A DNA stretch of 63,784 nt, filler included, from Platydemus manokwari (lineage: Eukaryota), in assembly GCA_037951405.1 (NCBI GenBank). It is 5 parts of 5 records of this genome, joined end to end, with 100 filler letters (N's around TTAATTAATTAA, not from the genome) between each part and the next. Parts side by side here need not be neighbours in the genome. Positions count along the whole stretch, not along the records: positions 54,876 to 63,784 come from JBBMOY011331650.1; 4 more parts are not named here. One strand, 5' to 3'. Shown one piece after another: positions 56,100 to 63,784 of the stretch. Below the pieces are notes generated by a model. It was not told the origin of the DNA. It ran no database searches and saw nothing but the letters and a program-made list of their open reading frames with translations. Each line of letters begins with the position of its first letter. The first letter of the stretch is position 1. Both the position numbers and the translations under genes were made by a program.

Positions 56100-57526
56100 C
56101 GAAATGCATGGACTGATTTATTTCTCATTACAAACTACCGTAATTGAAACAATATGTAAAACTTTACGCCAAAGGGATCCAACAGCTCGAGAAAGGAACA
56201 ATATCTAATACAAGGATATATCTTATGCCGACCCAAACTGTGAAATATTGAAAGTACTATTTGACAAATGCATGGAGCTAAAGGAAATTCCTGAAGAATG
56301 GAAAACAAATTCTACGATCGTGATCCCCAAATCGAATAAGGACGGTGAATATGACAGAGTCAGATCATGGAGACTGATCGCACTCCTCGATTTTTGTTAC
56401 AAAATACTAACAATAATCCTATGCCAACAACTTCGGAGTTTGATCGATGAGAACAACCTAATTCATCCATTGCAAAAGAGTCTGGGGCCAACTGATGGGT
56501 GCGCGGAGCACAACTTTATTTTTCGAGCGCTGTTAGAAAACTACTCAAAGAAAGGAAGAGATTGCATTCACATCTCAATCATGAACATTGAGGAGGCCTT
56601 TCCTTCGATAAACATCACAGCAATGACAGAGATATTGGAATATATGGGCCTGGATGAAAATGCTGTAAGAATGGTCAAATACCTGTACAACAACTGCTGG
56701 ACTACTTTCAAATGTGGAGATTATGAGCCGTGTTCGATTGAAATGAAACGTGGGGGTTTGTCAAGGTGGCCGAATATCAATGATGTTATTCAACATTTCA
56801 ATGAACCCAATTCTTGTAAAGATGGATCAAAACCGATTGGGTGGATTATTATTGGCTAATAATACTATCTCTTTCCTGATGATCTTGCGATGATCGGTAG
56901 GGGCACCAATGGTGTACAATCAATGATCAACGAGGCTTCCGAACTAGCGACCTCACTCGGATTCAAGTTTACACCATCTAAATGAGGATACCTACTCAAT
57001 GAAAGAGAAGGTTCTATGTTATATAACTAAGAAGTGAACAATGAACCAATTCCAATAATCACTATGGACAACCATTAACGGTATTTGGGTGTGAACTTTT
57101 CACTGAAGTTACAAAATTCCACAGAAAATCTATTCAACGATCTGAAAACTAAGATGAAAGTCCTCACAAACTCAATTCTGCTTCCATGGCAAAAACACAG
57201 AGCATTTGAACTGTTTATCTTTACGAAATGCATTTTCTTCCTGAGAAATTATTATATCACCTATATAAAACTCAACGGATTCGCCATTATGATGAGAAAA
57301 TACTTGAAGACAATACTGGGTGTACCAAAATATTGCAGTACAAATTACCTATATGACTCCAAAGCCAAAGGGGGGATGCGGTTTACGCAATGTGACAGAA
57401 GGTTATACAATTCAATCAATCATCCATGCCTATTATCTCCTCATTATCAAGCATTATGCAATCAGACTGACAGCAAAAACCGAAATAGAGGTGAATAACA
57501 TCAACGACGCACTCAATGTAAACTAA
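56100..57526 (+). pseudogene. Decayed non-LTR retrotransposon reverse transcriptase (R2-group: NeSL/R2/R4-like)
   Basis: IPEEWKTNSTIVIPK, SWRLIALLDFCYKIL, DGCAEHNF, frameshifted RGVCQG, FPDDL (degenerate YADD), YLGV, LLPWQK and SKAKGGCGL. Several frameshifts and stops. Confidence 0.9.
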
Positions 57527-58840
57527 ATTTTCCTATTCTATGTACATTTTTTCGAAATTTGAATCAATTTTATTTATGATTCATAGTTTCTTTAAAACAC
57601 CATCTATAATATTGTTGTCTTACTCATACTCATTTGATAACATCGTCATATAACTTCAATTAACTTCATCAAAAAGGAAATCATTTGATACTCATCAATT
57701 AAGATCACTTTTTTGGATTTTTGATGTTACCAGAGGTAGTGTGAGTCTAAAGCTCATTTATTTGTGTTCATGTACCTCTCTTTTACTCATGAATAATGTA
57801 TTTGGTGTGGAACCTTTGTACCTAAGAATCTAAGATAACAATAATTTGTCTCATCTAACTGTGTTTGTTATTTCGTAAATTAGTGACAGAAAATTTCAAA
57901 GATATATCTGGTAAACAAGCCGTACATAGATTTTCAGTGTTGCTATCCAAATTGGTATTTTTTCATTTATTTGCTGATTCGTCTCGTATGAAGTGTTTGG
58001 TTCATATACATTTCTTTAACACTAGCTTCATTCATTGGAGTAAGGCTATCAGTTTTTGTTCGCAATGAGTGATTACTGACTTTTCCATATTTTTCCAAAA
58101 GAATTATTTTTATGCATTTTAGAATTAAATAAAGTTAAAACCATTAAGCAGCAAGTTAGTATACAGTCCATAAAAGGAGTACACAATCGAAAACAACTAA
58201 AAATCGGTAATGATTGGTAACTTCTATCTTTGTAATTAACTTTCAGTTAGTGAAAACATCAAGAATTTGACATTTGATTCCTTGGAGTTTTATTTCTTAG
58301 AACAATAGTTTTGTGATTTTTCAGTGTTGTATATTGTTGATTTTATTGAACTTATGTGAAGCTTTATTTGCGAATTATATTCTTCGGATATTCAGCTTTC
58401 CTATTTATAGTAACAGATGTGTTACCTTGAACTGATCACATTATCTATGTTCACATCTTTATTGAAAATAATATTTAAATTTTCAATATCATGGTTTAGA
58501 TTTCACTACTCTTATATGAAACAGTACAATCTTATACTATGAACTATCATTATGATTCTTTAACAAGAGTAAAACATTGATTTTTCTCATTTTTTATATT
58601 ATTAACTTAATTGGGTCGTTTGTGATTGTTGTTAGCTTTTACTTATCCTAGAAGGCTTCAGTAACTCGTATTCGGACGAAGTTACGTGAAAATTACTGAA
58701 ATATCTAAAGATCGAAGCTATATAAATTATTGACTGTTGCAGCAAAGATTATTTGTCCCACTGCAGCAAGTATGGCTGGCACTAAACATACGCCAAAATA
58801 TGTTAATAAAATTATTCTTATTCGATGTGCGTATTGATAT

Positions 58841-59426
58841 TGTAAGCATTTCAAATTGAATTAAAATTTTGATAGATTAAATTTTATATAAAATTTAATT
58901 TTTTATAAATTTAGTTTTGTATAAATCAAATTTATTTGTTTAAATAATTGTATTTAGATATAATTGGATGTCGTGACTTTTCAGTTCGTTTTCGATGTTT
59001 GTTTTATAAAATACTAGAAGCTTACATGGCGACCTCGCATCAGGATTCGATCATGAAATGATCTATGATTGAAAATTATGGAAAATAAGGAGAAATTTGT
59101 TGCGATTATATACATAATAAAGAAAGAAGATGCAGAGTATAAATAAAGAAGATTTAAAACAGATCAAATTACTAAAGTTTTTTTAGATAACAATGTGGGC
59201 ATTCGATACAATATCGATTAAGAATAAAAAGAAAATCAAAGATTTAAAAGAAAGGGGATGTAAGCATTTCAAATTGAATTAAAATTTTGATAGATTAAAT
59301 TTTATATCAAATTTAATTTAGTATAAATCAAATTTACTTGTTTAAATAATTGAATTTGAATATAATTGGATGTTGTGACTTTTCATTTTGTTTTCGATGT
59401 GTTTTAAAAAATAGTAGAGGCTTACA
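58841..59426 (+). mobile_element. TRIM (terminal-repeat retrotransposon in miniature), complete 586-bp copy
   Basis: 5' LTR 58841-59026 and 3' LTR 59259-59426, both TGTAAG...CTTACA. PBS TGGCGACC at 59027. PPT AAAAGAAAGGGGA directly before the 3' LTR. Perfect 5-bp TSD GATAT at 58836-58840 and 59427-59431. The 232-bp interior is non-coding. Confidence 0.95.
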
Positions 59427-60149
59427 GATATAATTAATAGGATAATAACTTGGTTAATATTGTCAAAATTTGTATAGGAAATTGAAAATTAAATAAGACT
59501 CAAAAGAACACAATAACTGCCAAATGCGCAGCACTACACAAATAGATTGCTGCAAAATATTCACATGACGGATATCAGAAATCCAAATGGAAGCGACTGT
59601 TAATTAATTTAATTAATTAATGATTAAATATTTATTGTGATAACGTTAGTTAGCTCTAAAAAATTTTCTTTTGTCAAATAGTTCTTTTAATAATCTTTGC
59701 TTGCTTCTATTTTAACTTTCACTCCGAATCAGAACTTAAGATTTTTTTTAGTGAGTGAATGTTATGAAATGTTCTGTCTTCATGTATTATCTTTCTACTG
59801 ATGCTATCGTTTGTTTTTATCTCCATTTATTTTAAATTTTTTATTTATTCTATGGTAATTTTTCGTTTTTTCCATATTAGTGCCTGGATACTATTTTTAT
59901 TTGCTAATAAACTACGTAACAATTTTCTGGTTTACTATTTCTATCCCACGCTTCTATTTCTCACTCAAAAAACTACACAGGTCGCGAATATAAAAATCCA
60001 TTTAAAGATGGCCAACTGCCAGTTGGAAGCGAAGTTTTGGTTAGTACTTTGTGAAGCTTGATTTATGTGTAACTGTTCTGAGTAGTACACAAGAAAATAT
60101 ATTATTAGCCTTCTATTTTGAAGTCAGCTTAATTACTTGTAGAAGATCC

Positions 60150-62400
60150 CAACACATCATGAGATTTCAAACAATAAGCAAACGAAGAAATAATAATTAA
60201 AAATTAAGATTATACAAAAGATAATTATAGACTAATATTATTACATATTATTATTATTAATAATAATAACATCAAGCTGAAGCGAAGTAAAATGCAAACA
60301 TTTGTTTATCTGAGTCCTAAAGTCCGAAACAGATGGTGAGAAGCATCGATTATGACGGTAATCAATCATATGCCATATCACATAGAGACCACAATCAAAC
60401 GAAGCAATTTGTATTGATACATTTTCAATAAAACACTTAGTAAATGAAAAGACAACTCTCAGCGCAAGTAAGAGTTTCAAGAGACAATTCAATTTATTTC
60501 AAAGAAAGTTTTGCTCGACATCAAGTTCGCGTTTAGCAGGGTCTAATGAGTAACATTTTTGTTCATTTATATAGTCCATATAAGCAAGCCAATGGTCATT
60601 ATTCTAATGGATAAGCCAAAGGACTATGTCAGGTGCTCTTCTGTTCCGAAACGGGAAGTTATCATAAAATATATCCGTTTTAAAGCAGGCAATAGCAAGA
60701 GCAGGTAGTGGGGTATGAAAACTATTCGACAATCTCAGGCGGGAAAAACCTTCAATCGCCGGCTCGCATAATCATTCCGAAGTGAGATCTTCTCCTAACG
60801 ACTACTTCATCAGTTTCATCACCTAAAGATAAAGACTCAGTCAACACTATACGACAAATAATGTAGTTCGAAGTTAACAGCATTACCAAAAAACTTACAA
60901 TAACATTAGATACCAAAAATTGAGGTATCTGTTTCCTTATAGAGACAAGCAAAGTGTTTTAATAGGTGCAATATTTGTATTACACAGCAAAGAAAAAGAT
61001 TTCTTAACTGAACATAAATTACACCAAATCTTATAGTCCGAACACACTTTAAAGATCGTAGAACCTATATTATTAGTATCAGGTATAATATCAACAATTA
61101 TATTAGAAATCGGTACCGAATCAGAGTTTCGAGTACCACCAAGTGGTTTATAGTCTTTTAGTTCTTTGGAATAAAAAATAGCGTTATCACTATCTGAAAC
61201 CAAGTCGATCTGTACTTTATTGGAAGTGTTAGCAATCATGGAATCATTTTTATTCCCACTAGATATATAAATCATGTATAGGACATAGGTTTAAATATGT
61301 TTAATTTTTTCATTTTAGATTAGAGGAAAATTGTCGACTCAGGAACTTTTGTTAATTTTTATTTTATATTGTTCTATATTTCGCAATCGAGGCTTTAATA
61401 TTTGATCAATCAGAGTTTTGATATACAATTTTGACGATGGAAAATTTTACTACCGAGTTTTAATTACAAAAATAAGAAACTTTGTTATATTGATAAATCT
61501 TTGAACATTGAAGAACTGTTCTTCTTTGGTGATTTGCAGTCATTGAATCGAGCTAAGTTTATAGATTTTGTGAGATAGAACGAAAGTCTCTGCATAAACC
61601 GGTCCAGCCTGGGTTTCTCTCGAGATTCCAGGCTAGTCAATGAATAGAGTATAATTGACTTTTAGTCAATTCAGTCTTGATTCTGACGCATTTTGACTTA
61701 ATAACGATCTAAGTCTTGCGATATTGGCGACTGGTGTCTTTGTTCTTAGTAGAACTCCGCTAACTTGTCTGCTGTTGACTAGGTTCTGACTTGCACTGAA
61801 TGTGACTTTGACGAGGCACTCAAATAAGAACAAACAATAGGATTTCCTTTAGTGAAAGGTCTCTTTGAGCAAGGATATTTTATGCTCAAAATCCAACTGA
61901 TTGAGAGTACAGTTCGTTTAGATTATACTCCACATTTTACTTACTGTTATCGCAAGGACGGTTGAAAGAAAATGTGTGAGCTCTTGACTGCCAATAACTC
62001 ACAAGCCACTTGGACTTTATTAAGTTTTTATATAAATAATCTGATTTTTTGGCCTTCTAGTTGTTTTTGTAAAATTTGTTTGATTTCTACCTTTTTGAAT
62101 AGGATCAAAAATCGATTTAATCTCGTTCTGGAGAAAACCAGGCTAAAAAACAGTAGGTTCAAAATCATATTTTCAGTTTAAGAACAAATTAAACTCTCTT
62201 AATTCGTGGAGGTTTTGTGCCGGAATTTTTTGTTCTCCCTTGTTGTTTTTTAGACTGGTCTCCGAACCGGGTAGATTAAGCATTGAAAACCTGTACAGTT
62301 CTGCTTGTTGGAACTGTTTTCACCTAATTATATTTTATATAAACCAATTTGGAACCGGATAAGCGATGAATATCTTTTGTTTTGTAATACATTTTCACAT
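60150..62400 (-). pseudogene. Decayed NeSL-like retrotransposon 5' region with Ulp1 (C48) cysteine protease domain
   Basis: Minus strand ~60640-60300 reads DIVLWLIH*NNDHWLAYMDYINEQKCYSLDP...QIASFDCGLYVI, giving the His-Trp, Asp and Q-x3-D-C-G motifs of Ulp1. There are no introns, and stops and frameshifts are present. Outer boundaries are approximate. Confidence 0.7.
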
Positions 62401-63784
62401 TCTGATTTCTAATAATTTAGTCAATTGTGCATGAAAGGCAAATCAATCACTTCTTATGATTTAAACTGATGCTGAAGACTGAAAATTGTTTTTGTAAATC
62501 ACAGCAAGTTACAAAACAAATTATCTCTAAACACAATCAAAATTACGTAATCATGCAAGGTTGGATCAGCACACTAAAGTTAAACGGCGAAACAGACGAT
62601 AAACACAAAAACCGGTTTTCAGAAACAACATGTAAAATGCACATAAAATAGAAGTTATGTACTAAAAAACTGAAATCCAACATCTTTTATAGACTTATCG
62701 TGTGTTTTCACTTCTTAGAGCTTCACTTTTTTATTTCATACAGTCGCTCACAGGTCGGTCTGCAGGCAAATTATCTTGTATCTCTAGCGAAATAGTGGAT
62801 CTCGATATCGGTGTGCGCTAGTTGATTATTGAATTCTAAATATGAATTGATATTGTGTGTCTTTTGTAAAAGCATTATGAATAAAAAATTTAAAAATTTT
62901 AAATACAATACTAACAAATATATATTGCTGGGTATCAGACCCCACCCAAGATAGAAACAATAATTAATACAAAATATTTGAAAAGTATTTAAGGAATCTC
63001 ATTGGCTATTAGCACGTGAGCTTATTGAATCTGTAAAGGTTATTTCCGTAGTTTCCTTGAATAATTTGATTGTTTTTATGACCTACCCATCACAATCAAT
63101 AATGAGGATTTTATAAAATGATTAAAGCTTATCCACTTCCATTTGATAACAATGATTTTCAAATCATAACGGGTTTATAGTTTTTAGACGATTAATTACG
63201 CGAATTAATTCAGTGCACCGCAGACTGCACAAATCGATTATATTTTTTTTTAATAAAGATGAAATTTCTTAGAAGAAAAACGATTTTACACCCTGTAATT
63301 CTTATTTTATCACTTTAAGCATTTGCATACCCACACAACAATACTGGCATAGTAACTAACCAACCATAGAAGACTTGTAAGGTAAATTCTAGTTCGAAAA
63401 ATGCACTTCACTACACAGTAATACACCAGGCACGAGCTCACAAAATCAATAAATCTAATTGGAACTTGAGAAATAAAAGATAAAATCAAGAAGCGATGTA
63501 CAGATGACACACAAATCTCAAATATACATTGGTGTAAAGTTGGCCAACTGCCGAGTATTATTATCTAATCAGTCTCAGGCTATAATCCGTATTAATGATT
63601 AAAAATTTATTTAGCATAAAATTAGTCTTCACGAGATGGTGGGAAATCCAACCACCTCGACTTTAATAAACTTTTATATGTCTTCTAAAGTGGTATCTTC
63701 CTTAATCGAGCTTGCAGTGGTGCCAGCTCTGAGTTTCGGGAGCATCAAATCTTTGTGCTTCCCCAATAGTTTTCTTTTTATTTT

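Noticed and set aside
1-63784. CRISPR arrays, rRNA/tRNA genes, prokaryotic operons; most 60-100 aa ORFs in the track
   Set aside because: No repeat-spacer structure or RNA-gene signature seen. The DNA is spliced eukaryotic sequence, and the short I/L/F/K-rich ORFs are expected by chance in AT-rich DNA.

Overview
Very AT-rich eukaryotic genomic DNA with many 44-60 nt GT-AG introns and metazoan genes. A planarian flatworm is my best guess (inference). The window is five contigs joined by synthetic 100-nt spacers (N44-TTAATTAATTAA-N44). Reconstructing splice sites by hand gives six genes. (1) A minus-strand gene (ATG 4178, four exons, running off the left edge) encoding a Macro domain followed by the start of a TIR-like domain. 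It resembles bacterial Macro-TIR proteins and is the best candidate for an undescribed system. (2) An intronless orphan type I membrane protein. (3) The 3' exons of PPP1R21. (4) The 3' exons of a MYND zinc-finger gene with an extra C4 finger. (5) Most of PTPN23/HD-PTP, with a heavily degenerate phosphatase motif. (6) The last exon of CDIPT (PI synthase), which the ORF track misses. The rest is transposon material: a hAT MITE with a perfect TSD, a decayed hAT/Buster transposase, a Tigger end, a pogo-type MITE, RT and Ulp1-protease remnants of NeSL/R2-group retrotransposons, and a family of ~0.6 kb miniature LTR elements (TRIMs) with two full copies and one solo LTR.
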